Below are positions 36,484 through 47,434 of a stretch of DNA of 64,000 bases, piece after piece (the first letter of the stretch is position 1; each line of letters opens with the position of its first letter). This DNA comes from a virus. The DNA lies in IMG/VR virus record IMGVR_UViG_3300004805_000006, positions 8,453-72,452 of that record. One strand, given 5' to 3'. A program made the position numbers and the translations under genes. Below the pieces are notes generated by a model that had not been told where the DNA came from, searched no databases, and saw nothing but the letters and a program-made list of their open reading frames with translations.

Positions 36484-37376
36484 GATGCCTCTTTGTACTT
36501 CATAAATTTAAAGTTACCACAATCAAAAATTCTATCAAAACCTAGCGCCTGGGCTAGCGCAAACTCAGTCATCGTATTTATTTTCTCTACGCCAAGATCC
36601 GTTTCTTTAGCGGCTCTGAGTCTTAAAACATCTCTACGAAAAGCGAAACGATGAACTCTATTTGTGAACCCAGGAACCTTTAAATAGAAGTAATTAGGAT
36701 CTGTAATCTTTTCTAATTCGAATCCTATTTGTCTGTACAAATTACCTGTCGGGCTCCAGCGCTTATCTGCAAATGTAAGTATCGTAGTCCATTCATAATT
36801 CTTTTCAAAGTAGCTCATAAGCTTACCTGCTGCACCTATACAACGATATTTGCTATCAGTACAAAATCGTATCAGTTCAAAATTTCCTTCTGTACGAATT
36901 TTGTTTCCTTTAGCTCTGGATAATACACCAAAAGTCATGACTGAAATAAGTTCATCTGAGTCTTTTTTAAATAATCCTAGCTTAACTCTAGACCCCCCGT
37001 TACCTTGTATATGAAATTTGTTTACAAAATCCGATGATCTCCTAGTAGGTATTTCTCTAATGACACATTTCCTAGCAAAAACTTTCTCACCTTCATTTTT
37101 TCCTAACAGATTTCTTACTCTAGATATCACTATGTCTTTCTTATTCATATATTCATCCTCAAAGATAACATAGAATTTATATCCCTCTGCTAAATATTTT
37201 TCTTGTTTTACTTTATGATGTGTTCTATGCAACCCTGAAGCAGCATCACAGAAATCCTTAAATACACAATACTCGAATATTAGTTTCCTATCTTCTATCA
37301 AAATATCCCCTGACTCATTAACTATAAAGCATATTTCAAGTTTGTCAATATCCTCTTTAAAATTTTCTATACTCAT
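36468..37376 (-). CDS. Hef-like homing endonuclease / Mom-type GNAT-fold protein
   Basis: IFEDE, ARKC..EI, HIQG, SVMTF, ELIRFC, GAAGKL, TFAD.RWS..G.LY..GF. Confidence 0.65.
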   Translation of the reverse strand: MSIENFKEDIDKLEICFIVNESGDILIEDRKLIFEYCVFKDFCDAASGLHRTHHKVKQEKYLAEGYKFYVIFEDEYMNKKDIVISRVRNLLGKNEGEKVFARKCVIREIPTRRSSDFVNKFHIQGNGGSRVKLGLFKKDSDELISVMTFGVLSRAKGNKIRTEGNFELIRFCTDSKYRCIGAAGKLMSYFEKNYEWTTILTFADKRWSPTGNLYRQIGFELEKITDPNYFYLKVPGFTNRVHRFAFRRDVLRLRAAKETDLGVEKINTMTEFALAQALGFDRIFDCGNFKFMKYKEASCQKN

Positions 37377-38241
37377 ATTTATATCTCCTATACATTAACG
37401 CTTGATACCAGGCTGTATGCCACTCACGGTTAGTATTTGCTCTACTATTACAACTACCACATAAAGTTATTACGTTACTAGGACTACAACTTTTTTTGTT
37501 GTAGTCAATATGGTGAATATGAAGTCTATGATCCTTTTTATTACATGTTGGATTAAGACACTTATTACCGTCTCGATCCCTAATATACTGCTTGTATTCT
37601 TTATCACTCCAAATTGGGCAATAAGGTTCATAGGAAAGTCCACCTTTCCATTGTGGATTGCCAGAACCAGAAACTTTGATAGAATATTCAATATCAGCAC
37701 AAGTAGGACATCTTATTCCTTGTTGCCAGCTATTCCATATCATAGAATTATTATGACCTTCTGGACATTGGTAATCTAATTTACTCTTACCATTAATATA
37801 TATATTAGATAATAAAATATAATTATCTTTTTCAAAGAGTGCTCTAACCTGCTCTATGGTAAGTTTAATATTATTATTAATACAGTATGAACACCTCTGT
37901 CCTTTTTGCCAATTGCTCCACCCAATACTATGCTCATGACCTTCAGAACACCTATAATCTAATTTCGATCTATTGTTAATATAATGTTCAGATAATAATA
38001 CATAATTTTCTTTACTAAACGATTTCCTAATGTGGTCTATAGTAGGCTTAGCTAAACCGGAACATGTTGGACATCTTTGACCTTGTTTCCATGCATACCA
38101 TACTATACTATGTTTGTGACCTTTAGGGCACTCATAATTTAGCCTGCTTCCACTATTAATATATTCTTTAGAAATTAAAGTATAACCACAACTTTCAAAA
38201 GATTGTTTTACAAATTCATAAGTTAATTTTACCCCTCTCAT
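37357..38241 (-). CDS. HNH endonuclease with 3 Zn-binding repeats, copy 3
   Basis: Same architecture as 9907-10761. Confidence 0.85.
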   Translation of the reverse strand: MRGVKLTYEFVKQSFESCGYTLISKEYINSGSRLNYECPKGHKHSIVWYAWKQGQRCPTCSGLAKPTIDHIRKSFSKENYVLLSEHYINNRSKLDYRCSEGHEHSIGWSNWQKGQRCSYCINNNIKLTIEQVRALFEKDNYILLSNIYINGKSKLDYQCPEGHNNSMIWNSWQQGIRCPTCADIEYSIKVSGSGNPQWKGGLSYEPYCPIWSDKEYKQYIRDRDGNKCLNPTCNKKDHRLHIHHIDYNKKSCSPSNVITLCGSCNSRANTNREWHTAWYQALMYRRYKYEYRKF

Positions 38242-41200
38242 TCTTGACCACCTCCACATTTACTACATATCAACTTTGATCCATATTTTTCATCAAAAAC
38301 AAATTTCATTTCATTATGACCGCATTTTTGTTCATTGACTTTATTTTCACATAAGCCTTTAAGCCACGATTTACCGATTAAAGCTTCTGTTTCCATTGGA
38401 ATTTCAGTAAAATACTTACCAAATCCTTCTTTTATTGATTTAACTATTATTTCTGAAACTTCATATCTTTGATCATCTCTAACTTCAACTATAATTTCAT
38501 CATGCACACATAACAAAAGTTTTGCATCATAATCTTTAAGTCTATCTACCACTAAAATCATAGCTTCTTTTATCGTATCTGCATCGGCACCCTGTATACC
38601 TGAATTCATACCTTGTCTTTCAATACCACTTTGAATCATTTTCCTATCAGGATGATTAAACTCTGGCATATTATAATAACGCTTTCTACCACTTACAGTA
38701 GTACTATATCTATTAACAACAGCATCATGACCAGCTTTATCTAAGTATTTCTTAACGCCCTTATATCTATTGAAATACTTATTTATCATGATTTCTGACT
38801 CACGCTTCCCAATTTTTAATCTTTTAGAAAGACCCATAGAAGACATTCCATAACAATTATGAACAATAAAACCATTAGCCAAAAAATATTGATGGTTTTC
38901 TATAGATAAATCATATACCTTTTTAATCCCCTTTGATGTAATAGACTCTATTGGTAAAGGTACTATACCATTTTTATAAATAAGATTAAAAAAATCATCA
39001 TATTCTGATAGCTCTTTAAAATATACATTACCTACATGATCAGAATATCTACTACTATAAAATCTATCTTTAAGCTGTTTACTTGTATTACGATTACTCA
39101 TTATATTCTTCATTCTATCTACATTACTATTTATAAAATATGCTGAGCTATTATAAATATTTTTATTAATCGCCAAATTATTTTTTCTATTAGTTAAAAA
39201 TCCTATTCGGTCCATAAAAGTAAAACTTCCTTCATTAGATACAATGGATAAACAATAATATTTATCTGGATACCCATTTCTATTCTCTGATGTTATAGAG
39301 GATAATATTCCAAAATTTAATAACATTAATTGTATATCCTTAACTAATATTTTGGACTTACTACTATATTGGATTACATAGCTATTTCCCCTTGATTTTA
39401 TGGTACCATCACCTTCAAATAACCATTTTAAAAATTCTATTTGATACTCCATTTTAGATTCTTTAATGCATTTAGGAATACTTATTTCTTTTGTTTTATC
39501 AATATTTTTTATATTTAAAATATTTACCAACCACTCTGAAAACAATATAGAATTTATTGAGTATCTAGCGTATTTATCATTAGGTTTAGAAACTCTATTA
39601 CCAAATAAATTATATAATAATGTATCTATTTTATGTATAAATTCTTTATCTGACTTACTAAAGCCAAATGATACCACACTATAAGTTTCTCTATTTCTTA
39701 CTTTAATAACACAACCTTCAGCTATAAAAAGCCCTAAAAAAGCTGCCCACTCTATAGTTAATTTTTTAGGTAATACTAAAGCTTTATAATTAGTATTTTT
39801 ATAAGTTTCAAAATTATCAAAGTAAACATCATTTTTAGGAAATAAATTAGAACCTTTTTTTATACATATTGAATCTTTAGTTATATCTAAATTTTTTAAT
39901 TTGGTATCAACATATTCTCCTAAATAATTTACAACTTTAACTAAATGGTCTTCGGTAACTTCCATTGAGTAACCATATTTAGTTATAATTTCAAATACTT
40001 CTTTTTCTCCCATGTATTGTTTATCAATAACTATATTTTTACCTATATCATGTGCAACTTCTTCACCTAATTTAATATCTTTTATTATTTTTATACCGTG
40101 ATTTGTTATTATATTTGTATCTTCTATTGTACACAGACCAAAATTGATCGCCTTGGCTGCATTCCTCATATTCTTATCAACTTTATCATAAGTAACATCA
40201 AAAATTTCAGATGCAGTTCTAGTATGAAGATCTTGTCCTGTAGCATACGCGTCAATAAATACTGGATCTTTAGAAAGATTTCCAAGAATTCTTAGTTCTG
40301 CACCAGCTTGATCAGCTGTAATTAAGGAGTACCCTGGTGCTGCAATAAAACATGATCTATATCTTTGTTGTTTAGGTATATTCTGAAGATTAGGACTTGA
40401 AGAACTCATTCTACCTGTCGATACCATTTGACGGAAATCAGTATGTAATCTTCCAGTATACTTACTAATCTTAGCTAATAAAGTTTCTGAATAAGTAGAA
40501 ATTAATTTATTAGCTTTTCTATAATCTAATATTGCGTCAATTATAGGAAGACCAGCATGTTTTTCTAGAGAGGCAAAATCCGTTTTCTCAATATTTAATC
40601 CATATTTGACTAAAGATTTTTTCAATTGCGCATTACTATCTATATTGACTAGTGATACTCCAAATAAGGTATTTTGATCTTCTACTTTAGCTAATATATT
40701 TCTTATAATACCACCTACTTCAACTCGTTCTTTTTCTACATCTTTCATAATAATACGCCATTTTTCTGTATCAATATGGATACCATTTAATTCCATCTCA
40801 CATAAGGGTTTAATGAATTCAAATTCTAGCCGCGCCGCATTTTCTAAACCTTCCTTTATGACCGTAGACCATTGAAGATCTCTAATTAGATGTAAAGGAG
40901 TAACATCATTTGCTGCATATATTAACTGGAAGTCTTCATACTTTTGACCATAATCTGAGAAAGTAGTTCTTGGTTCTTTAGACATATATAATCCTAAATG
41001 TTTAAGTACTATAGCTGCTAAACTAGCCTTAGTAAATGGAAGACCCAGTGTAGACAGTTGTTCTACTAACATAGTATCATATATATTAGTTAAGTAGTAC
41101 CCTCTACTCCTCTTAATTATTTTCATATCGTATGCTGCATTTTGTAATATACGCATCTTTGTAGGGTCTGTCAATAGAGGGTCTAAAACTTCTGGGTGTA

Positions 41201-41438
41201 GACTACTATGCTCAGTATCATGTCTAACATCAAAGACAAAAACTTTATTTGTAACACCAACTTGTAATAGGGTCCATTTAGCCTCGTATGGATCTAAGGC
41301 AGTGGTTTCAGTATCTATAGCATGGATAGGGTAGTTATTCAAAAAGGACATAGCCTTACGCGCCTCGTCCTCATTTGTGACATAAGTATAATTTGGAATA
41401 GGAAGTGTTGCTTGATTTTGTTCTATAATAGATGGCAT
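38238..41438 (-). CDS. polA: family A DNA polymerase (3'-5' exonuclease plus polymerase), intein-containing
   Basis: DTET exonuclease motif, TGRMSS..PNLQNIP, AD...AELR, R..AK..NFG|YG, IQG..AD, VHDE. Confidence 0.95.
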   Translation of the reverse strand: MPSIIEQNQATLPIPNYTYVTNEDEARKAMSFLNNYPIHAIDTETTALDPYEAKWTLLQVGVTNKVFVFDVRHDTEHSSLHPEVLDPLLTDPTKMRILQNAAYDMKIIKRSRGYYLTNIYDTMLVEQLSTLGLPFTKASLAAIVLKHLGLYMSKEPRTTFSDYGQKYEDFQLIYAANDVTPLHLIRDLQWSTVIKEGLENAARLEFEFIKPLCEMELNGIHIDTEKWRIIMKDVEKERVEVGGIIRNILAKVEDQNTLFGVSLVNIDSNAQLKKSLVKYGLNIEKTDFASLEKHAGLPIIDAILDYRKANKLISTYSETLLAKISKYTGRLHTDFRQMVSTGRMSSSSPNLQNIPKQQRYRSCFIAAPGYSLITADQAGAELRILGNLSKDPVFIDAYATGQDLHTRTASEIFDVTYDKVDKNMRNAAKAINFGLCTIEDTNIITNHGIKIIKDIKLGEEVAHDIGKNIVIDKQYMGEKEVFEIITKYGYSMEVTEDHLVKVVNYLGEYVDTKLKNLDITKDSICIKKGSNLFPKNDVYFDNFETYKNTNYKALVLPKKLTIEWAAFLGLFIAEGCVIKVRNRETYSVVSFGFSKSDKEFIHKIDTLLYNLFGNRVSKPNDKYARYSINSILFSEWLVNILNIKNIDKTKEISIPKCIKESKMEYQIEFLKWLFEGDGTIKSRGNSYVIQYSSKSKILVKDIQLMLLNFGILSSITSENRNGYPDKYYCLSIVSNEGSFTFMDRIGFLTNRKNNLAINKNIYNSSAYFINSNVDRMKNIMSNRNTSKQLKDRFYSSRYSDHVGNVYFKELSEYDDFFNLIYKNGIVPLPIESITSKGIKKVYDLSIENHQYFLANGFIVHNCYGMSSMGLSKRLKIGKRESEIMINKYFNRYKGVKKYLDKAGHDAVVNRYSTTVSGRKRYYNMPEFNHPDRKMIQSGIERQGMNSGIQGADADTIKEAMILVVDRLKDYDAKLLLCVHDEIIVEVRDDQRYEVSEIIVKSIKEGFGKYFTEIPMETEALIGKSWLKGLCENKVNEQKCGHNEMKFVFDEKYGSKLICSKCGGGQE
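38856..40133 (-). mobile_element. intein with LAGLIDADG endonuclease (426 aa) in PolA motif B
   Basis: NFGL|CTIED..FLGLFIAEG..LFEGDG..VHN|CYG. Confidence 0.92.
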
Positions 41439-42496
41439 TAGTTTCTCCCATTTGATTCTGCTATAATATCTGAAACTTTGAACATATAATTATACCATTT
41501 ATGCTCAGCAAGTTTACCTTGTTCATATATAGGAACTGTTAACACGTCAAGTACTTTTGAATATTTACGCGCTTCGCCAACTTTTTTTGCACGTTTAATA
41601 CATCCTACAAAAAGACCTGTGATACCTATACGCATACTTTCTACTGGTACTGATTTAATATTAACAAATATATCTATAGATTCTTTAAAATTACCATTAT
41701 TTAAAGACTTAAATAATTCAATTACTTGTGGATCAGCATCGTTAATTCCAGATTGACAAATTTCTTTTCCTGCAGCTAAGGTCCAAGAGCCTTCTATAGC
41801 TATTTGGCTTAAACAAACTAAAGCGTTTCCTGGAGCACCATCTGCCTCTTCTGAAATAAGGTTTAAAATATCTTGATTATATTGAAATCCTTCAAACTCA
41901 CATACATTTTTTAAAAGATCATTCATAATTGTAGTTTCTACTCTTTTAAATTCTAAAGAAAAACATCTTCTTAAAAAAGCTTCTCCAGCATCTTTTGCTT
42001 TACTTCTTAATTTTTCGGGTTGATTTGTACAGAAAATAAAATAAACATGTTCATATCCATACTCTATGGGTTTTAACAAAAGATCTTTTGCTGCAGTTGT
42101 AAGTTCATGAGCTTCATCAAATATTAATATTTTAAACCTAGTATTAAATGGAGCCATAGGTAAATCCCTGACTATAGAGTCTACGTAATCTTTTCCTCCA
42201 GATTGACCTACATTAATTTCTTTTACATCAATATTATTTCCTTCAAGAATAGTTCGACAAGAATTACATTGTAAACATGGATTAGAACTTATACCATTAG
42301 TCTCACAATTTAATCCTAGAGCTATAATCTTTGCTGCAGTTGTTTTACCACATCCTGATCCGCCTGTAAATAATTGAGTATGTGGAACTTTATTAGAGTC
42401 CAATGAATTTTTAATAATTCTTTTATTTGTATCATTGCCTATAAGTTCATCTATTGTGCAAGGTCTATAAACAACATTTAAGTCATTAGACCCCAT
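41438..42496 (-). CDS. dnaX: DNA polymerase III gamma/tau-like clamp loader subunit
   Basis: YRP, G.SGCGKTT, C..PC..C..C Zn module, DEAH.L, LLK..E. Confidence 0.9.
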   Translation of the reverse strand: MGSNDLNVVYRPCTIDELIGNDTNKRIIKNSLDSNKVPHTQLFTGGSGCGKTTAAKIIALGLNCETNGISSNPCLQCNSCRTILEGNNIDVKEINVGQSGGKDYVDSIVRDLPMAPFNTRFKILIFDEAHELTTAAKDLLLKPIEYGYEHVYFIFCTNQPEKLRSKAKDAGEAFLRRCFSLEFKRVETTIMNDLLKNVCEFEGFQYNQDILNLISEEADGAPGNALVCLSQIAIEGSWTLAAGKEICQSGINDADPQVIELFKSLNNGNFKESIDIFVNIKSVPVESMRIGITGLFVGCIKRAKKVGEARKYSKVLDVLTVPIYEQGKLAEHKWYNYMFKVSDIIAESNGRN

Positions 42497-42542
42497 TTTA
42501 GTTTCGCGTCTAATAATCATAATACCTCCTTTCCTTTTACTA

Positions 42543-42570
42543 AATATAAGACCTATTACTTATTTGTCAA
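42543..42570 (-). promoter_or_regulatory. sigma70-like promoter for the replication operon
   Basis: TTGACA-N16-TATATT. Confidence 0.7.
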
Positions 42571-44969
42571 GATGCTAGTAAATAAATTCTTTTTTCACTA
42601 TTAATTTCATCACCACGTTTTTCTTCTATTATAATCGCTCCCCATGGAGTAGCTATGAATATTACATTTCCATTATTATGCTTAGATGTTCCTTCTGTTA
42701 CATAAATATCAGATATATAAGATGATCTTAATACACTATATTTTTTAGATATATATTCATAGCCCCCGCCGCTATTATAAACAGCACATAATTTAGCTGC
42801 TTGAAATATGTCATTTATACTGGCACCTCTACTTACAGTATATGTGGAAGGTGAAGGATCATAATGTCGTACTCTAATCCAATCTATTTCAATCTTTGGC
42901 TGATAATAGTCATTACAAAAAGTAAATATTAATTGCCTATAAGCAGGATCAGTTAATATTCCAGATGAAACTAAAGTTTCTCCATCATAATTAGACATTT
43001 GGTAGTTAAGAGTTTCAACAAATGTATGAGTTTTAAAGGAATAACTAGTAAGTTTGGTTCCATATTTTATACCTTGATTTGAAGCAGATGATAAATAATG
43101 AGGAGTTTCCGTAGGGCAACCTATATAAACCATAGCACCACCATTAAAACCAACTTCCCAATCTAAATCTGAATCATAATTATGCCCAGTAGCAGGAGGA
43201 ACTGTTCTAAAACTATATTCAATAACACTATTACTAAATACATCTGAACTTATTAAAGATATAGGATAACTATTACTATAAGTATTTAGTCTAAGTATAC
43301 TATTAGAAATAGTATACGTATTGTTAGCATATCCACTATTAGCAAATGTCCAATTGTTAGATAAAGTAGATTCATTAAAATCATCAAATAAAGTAAAAGT
43401 ATCTTTTTGACTAGATTTAGTTTTAACATCAGGATTACCATAAAGAATATAAAATTTTTCGGTGCCTTTAGAAAGTTTAACCCATATTTTAGGAGGAGTA
43501 ATATAATTCCAAGATTCAATATAGTAAAATACAGCTACGCCTTTATCGTCAACTATTCTTATATCAGCACCTTCTTTTTGAGATTGTCTATATATTTCAT
43601 CAGGTTGTGTCATGGGTATTTCAAACAAAAATTGGTAATTATTTTCTGGTATAGGAGATAACAATTCTACTAGTCTATTATACTCCCAACCAAAAATATT
43701 GTCATCCAGTCCTATTACATTATTAAATGGATTTACTGTATAATAATAATCACCAGTTGAAGTCTGAAAACATTTTGTTATATCATCTTTAATTATATAT
43801 TCTCTTGCCCCGTCAGAAAATTTATATCTATCAACGCCAGATACTGTAGACGCACATAGATAATCACCACTTCCATGCAAATAATTAACATCGTTAGCTG
43901 TTATAAATGGATAACTTCTATACTCTTCTAAAAATAATGTTCCACTAATAGTATCTACTGAACCTCTGTATATACCTGAATTAGTTGTAGCGACATAAAA
44001 ATAATCACTATTAGCCCATATAGAGTTTGCACCATCAACAAGTGATATAGAATTTGTTAATATTTCTGAGGATGAATTATATATTTCTACACCTTGTTTT
44101 GTAGCTTTATAGATATATGGGTCGTTGTACCATATATTTCTTTTTCTATTTGAATAAAAAGTTGATATTACTTTAAATATTCCAGGTACTATAAATTTAT
44201 GTATTGTCTTACTTCCAGATATAGTAATTATACCACCGGTAGCCATAATATCTTCAGTTTTATAACTAATAATGACTATACCAGATCCTCCAGTACCAGT
44301 AACTCCAGAACCACTTCTCTCTGATCCACCTCCACCACCACCAGTATTAGCTATTCCAGGTGTAGCATTAGCTTTGGATCCATTACCTCCACCTCCTTTA
44401 CCACCTATTCCAGGAGTTCCAGAGTAATATGTAGAGCCACCTCCTCCACCACCAATCCAACGAACACCGTCTATATCTACTCCAGCATTTGATGATATCA
44501 ATAAATCAGAATATAAATTTGTACCATCACCACCCTTACCACCAGCATTATATGTACCATTTACTCCATCAGTTCCAGCCCCACCTCCGCCACCTTGACC
44601 ATAATATGATGAAGAATATCCAGTTCCGCCCTTATTACCTCCCACTCTAAGTGCTACTCCAGGATAACCTGTTTTTGTAGCACCACCACCAGAACCACCA
44701 TTATTACCATTAAAATTACTATCATCTCCTCCAGCACCGCCACCTAAAGATACTATATTGTCAAAATATGAGTATTGACCGTTTATATGATGGGTAGTTC
44801 CTCCTATACCTACAAACACATAATATTCAGCAACATGCACTAAATAGTCGCTTACATAAGTAACACCACCAGCACCACCACCTGCTCCATGGTAAAGTGT
44901 GGCACCGCCGCACCCACCACCTGCAACTACTAAAACTTCTACATAACCGTCAATATCTGTTAATGCCAA
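42567..44969 (-). CDS. virion structural protein: glycine-rich domain plus DUF2341-like domain
   Basis: VLVVAGGG..GGGAGG repeats; DIR..D......YIE.W....WVK...YGNP..FDDF. Confidence 0.75.
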   Translation of the reverse strand: MALTDIDGYVEVLVVAGGGCGGATLYHGAGGGAGGVTYVSDYLVHVAEYYVFVGIGGTTHHINGQYSYFDNIVSLGGGAGGDDSNFNGNNGGSGGGATKTGYPGVALRVGGNKGGTGYSSSYYGQGGGGGAGTDGVNGTYNAGGKGGDGTNLYSDLLISSNAGVDIDGVRWIGGGGGGSTYYSGTPGIGGKGGGGNGSKANATPGIANTGGGGGGSERSGSGVTGTGGSGIVIISYKTEDIMATGGIITISGSKTIHKFIVPGIFKVISTFYSNRKRNIWYNDPYIYKATKQGVEIYNSSSEILTNSISLVDGANSIWANSDYFYVATTNSGIYRGSVDTISGTLFLEEYRSYPFITANDVNYLHGSGDYLCASTVSGVDRYKFSDGAREYIIKDDITKCFQTSTGDYYYTVNPFNNVIGLDDNIFGWEYNRLVELLSPIPENNYQFLFEIPMTQPDEIYRQSQKEGADIRIVDDKGVAVFYYIESWNYITPPKIWVKLSKGTEKFYILYGNPDVKTKSSQKDTFTLFDDFNESTLSNNWTFANSGYANNTYTISNSILRLNTYSNSYPISLISSDVFSNSVIEYSFRTVPPATGHNYDSDLDWEVGFNGGAMVYIGCPTETPHYLSSASNQGIKYGTKLTSYSFKTHTFVETLNYQMSNYDGETLVSSGILTDPAYRQLIFTFCNDYYQPKIEIDWIRVRHYDPSPSTYTVSRGASINDIFQAAKLCAVYNSGGGYEYISKKYSVLRSSYISDIYVTEGTSKHNNGNVIFIATPWGAIIIEEKRGDEINSEKRIYLLAS

Positions 44970-45458
44970 TTATTCCTCCCTATTCCTATTAAGTTTAAAA
45001 TTATTAAGTAATTCATAAACATGGCATAAAACACCTGCACCACTGTAAACAGGAATTATATAATTAACTATAGCTTTTACTTGCTGAACTGAATCTTCTG
45101 GGCACATAGAAAAACCTGACATTTGTATACAACTAATATCAGAATAACTACTTCCTATATATAAAACATTATCTGGGGCTATACTATATCGTTGAAGAAT
45201 TTGATTGTAAACTTCTTTTTTATTTTTTTCAGCAAAGAAAAAAGGTATATTTCTTTTTTTACTAAGTGAAGCATTAATATTAGCATCAGATGATAAAAAA
45301 GCAAATCCCCAATCCTTCTTAATAAGATTTATAGCTTCAAAATCTTTCATGTAAAATTGCTTAAACATAACGGTATTTAATTCACCATAACCTACTAGGT
45401 GTTCAGTAATTATCCCATCAATTTCACTGATAATAAGTTTAATATTACCAAAATCCAT
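44970..45458 (-). CDS. KdsC/YrbI-like HAD phosphatase (catalytic motifs altered)
   Basis: IKLIISEIDGIIT (cf. DVDGVLT), F..KD, YIG....D, GAGV. Confidence 0.75.
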   Translation of the reverse strand: MDFGNIKLIISEIDGIITEHLVGYGELNTVMFKQFYMKDFEAINLIKKDWGFAFLSSDANINASLSKKRNIPFFFAEKNKKEVYNQILQRYSIAPDNVLYIGSSYSDISCIQMSGFSMCPEDSVQQVKAIVNYIIPVYSGAGVLCHVYELLNNFKLNRNREE

Positions 45459-45484
45459 ATGTGTTTCTCCTTTTCCACTATAAA

Positions 45485-46597
45485 TTATTTTTTAGTATTA
45501 AAAAATTCCTTTATAATATCACATATAAATGTAACTTCTTCTTCCAATAATGTAGGATGCATTGGTAAAGATAATAAAGTATCTGAAAGGTTATCTGAAA
45601 TTGGGCAAATGGAATAAAAATTTTTGTACATAGTTTGTTGATGACATGGTTTTGGATAATGCAAACTAGTAGAAATATTATTTTTATTGAGAAAATCTTT
45701 TAATAAATCTCTAGTAATTTTATCTTCACATTTTAATTCATACAAATGAAATACTGGTTTTATTTCATCAGTTTTCATAAGCGGAGTTTTAACATTAGCT
45801 ACATCCTTAAGTTGTTGGTAATACCAATTAGCTACTTTTACACGATGATTATTCCAGTAATCTAAAGTCGCTAAACCATAAGACAAAAACTTAGCGTTAA
45901 TTGTATCTAAACGAGAATTGAGTCCAACATGAGAGTAGTCAAACCATGAACCAGATGATCTACCTACATTGCCCATCTCGCGGACATAGTTAGCTATAAA
46001 TTCCTCATTAGTAACTACTGCTCCACCTTGACCTAAACCACCCAAATTTTTTGTCGGGTAAAAAGAATAACATCCTACTGCATCAAAAGATCCAGTACGC
46101 TTACCTTTATAAATAGCACCAGCAGACTGAGCACAATCTTCCACTATAAATAATTCATAAGTTTCAGCAAGACCCATTATCCCATCCATATCAGCAGGAT
46201 AACCATATAAATGTACCGGAATAATAGCTCTAGTTTTAGTGGTAATTGCATCTTCTATGCTTTCTGCGTCGATAGTGTATGTTTCTGGATTAGGATCAAC
46301 AAACACTGGTTTAGCCCCAGTATGAGATACTGCAAATGCAGTAGCAATATATGTATTAGCTGGAACTATAACTTCATCTCCAACACCTATACCTAAAGCT
46401 TTTAAAGATAACCATAAAGCATCTGTACCTGATCCTACTCCTACTGCGTATTTAGTACCACAGTATTTAGCAAAACTATCTTCAAATTCTTCTAGAGCTT
46501 TACCACCTACAAATTGACCATGCTTAATAAGATCAATTAAAGGAGTAACATCTAAATTTTCATATTGTTTTTCTAAATCTACAAAATTAATTTTCAT
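45485..46597 (-). CDS. DegT/DnrJ/EryC1/StrS sugar aminotransferase
   Basis: SGTDAL, PVHLYG, EDCAQS, SFYPTKNLG, LSLPM. Confidence 0.95.
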   Translation of the reverse strand: MKINFVDLEKQYENLDVTPLIDLIKHGQFVGGKALEEFEDSFAKYCGTKYAVGVGSGTDALWLSLKALGIGVGDEVIVPANTYIATAFAVSHTGAKPVFVDPNPETYTIDAESIEDAITTKTRAIIPVHLYGYPADMDGIMGLAETYELFIVEDCAQSAGAIYKGKRTGSFDAVGCYSFYPTKNLGGLGQGGAVVTNEEFIANYVREMGNVGRSSGSWFDYSHVGLNSRLDTINAKFLSYGLATLDYWNNHRVKVANWYYQQLKDVANVKTPLMKTDEIKPVFHLYELKCEDKITRDLLKDFLNKNNISTSLHYPKPCHQQTMYKNFYSICPISDNLSDTLLSLPMHPTLLEEEVTFICDIIKEFFNTKK

Positions 46598-46757
46598 TAT
46601 TTTTACCCCGCAATTTATTTTTTTTATTGACTACTTTTATTAACTTGCCTCCACACTCTGAACATTTCGTACCATAATCATGATCAGCATTATAAATTTC
46701 CATACCACAGCCACCAATACATCTATAATCCAAAGTTGATTCTTTAAATGTCTTCAT
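46587..46757 (-). CDS. small Zn-ribbon protein
   Basis: Hand-translated 56 aa, YRCIGGC..CSECGG; GAGG RBS. Confidence 0.55.
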   Translation of the reverse strand: MKTFKESTLDYRCIGGCGMEIYNADHDYGTKCSECGGKLIKVVNKKNKLRGKNNEN

Positions 46758-47434
46758 ATTTTTTCTCCTCTTCCACAGACGCTATTACCATTTTCCATCA
46801 ATATCCAGTTAGTTACTGTAAAATATTCTTTTAATTTATCTTTCCAAAATTCCTCAGAATGTTTCTGAGTATGAAATCCACCATCAGCCCAGTCATTAAA
46901 AGGTAATGCAAAAATAAAATCACCACCAATTTTTAAAACTCTTTTTATTTCTAATAAAGATTTATTTAAATCACCTACATGTTCAATAGTTTCCAGTGCA
47001 TATACTCTATCAAAGATATCATTTTTAAATTCTATATCTTCTGAAAACATTGTGTAGCGTTTAATATTTTTTATATTAAGTAATTCTAAATGTTTTATTG
47101 TAAGTTTTGTTATATCAGTTGATATATCCGTTACAGATAACCTCATTTCTGGAAAATTTAATGCTTTATATAAACTAAATCTACCAAAATGACCTCCTAT
47201 CTCTAACACTTCACCATAAGTTAATGGAAATTCTTTTTCACATAGTAATTCGTGCCATTCAATATTAGTAATACTTTTACAAAAATCAGTATCTTTTTCT
47301 AATATCTTACTTTTAGATATACACCAGTCATTATTATTGGCACTAAAATTATGAACTTCTTGCCAAATTTCTTTATTAAAACCTTTATGTATTAATTCCA
47401 TGGCATTTTCTAAACTATTTATGTTTATTGACAT
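46754..47434 (-). CDS. class I SAM-dependent methyltransferase
   Basis: VLEIGG..G, FD....ETIEHV, RVLK.GG. Confidence 0.85.
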   Translation of the reverse strand: MSININSLENAMELIHKGFNKEIWQEVHNFSANNNDWCISKSKILEKDTDFCKSITNIEWHELLCEKEFPLTYGEVLEIGGHFGRFSLYKALNFPEMRLSVTDISTDITKLTIKHLELLNIKNIKRYTMFSEDIEFKNDIFDRVYALETIEHVGDLNKSLLEIKRVLKIGGDFIFALPFNDWADGGFHTQKHSEEFWKDKLKEYFTVTNWILMENGNSVCGRGEKI

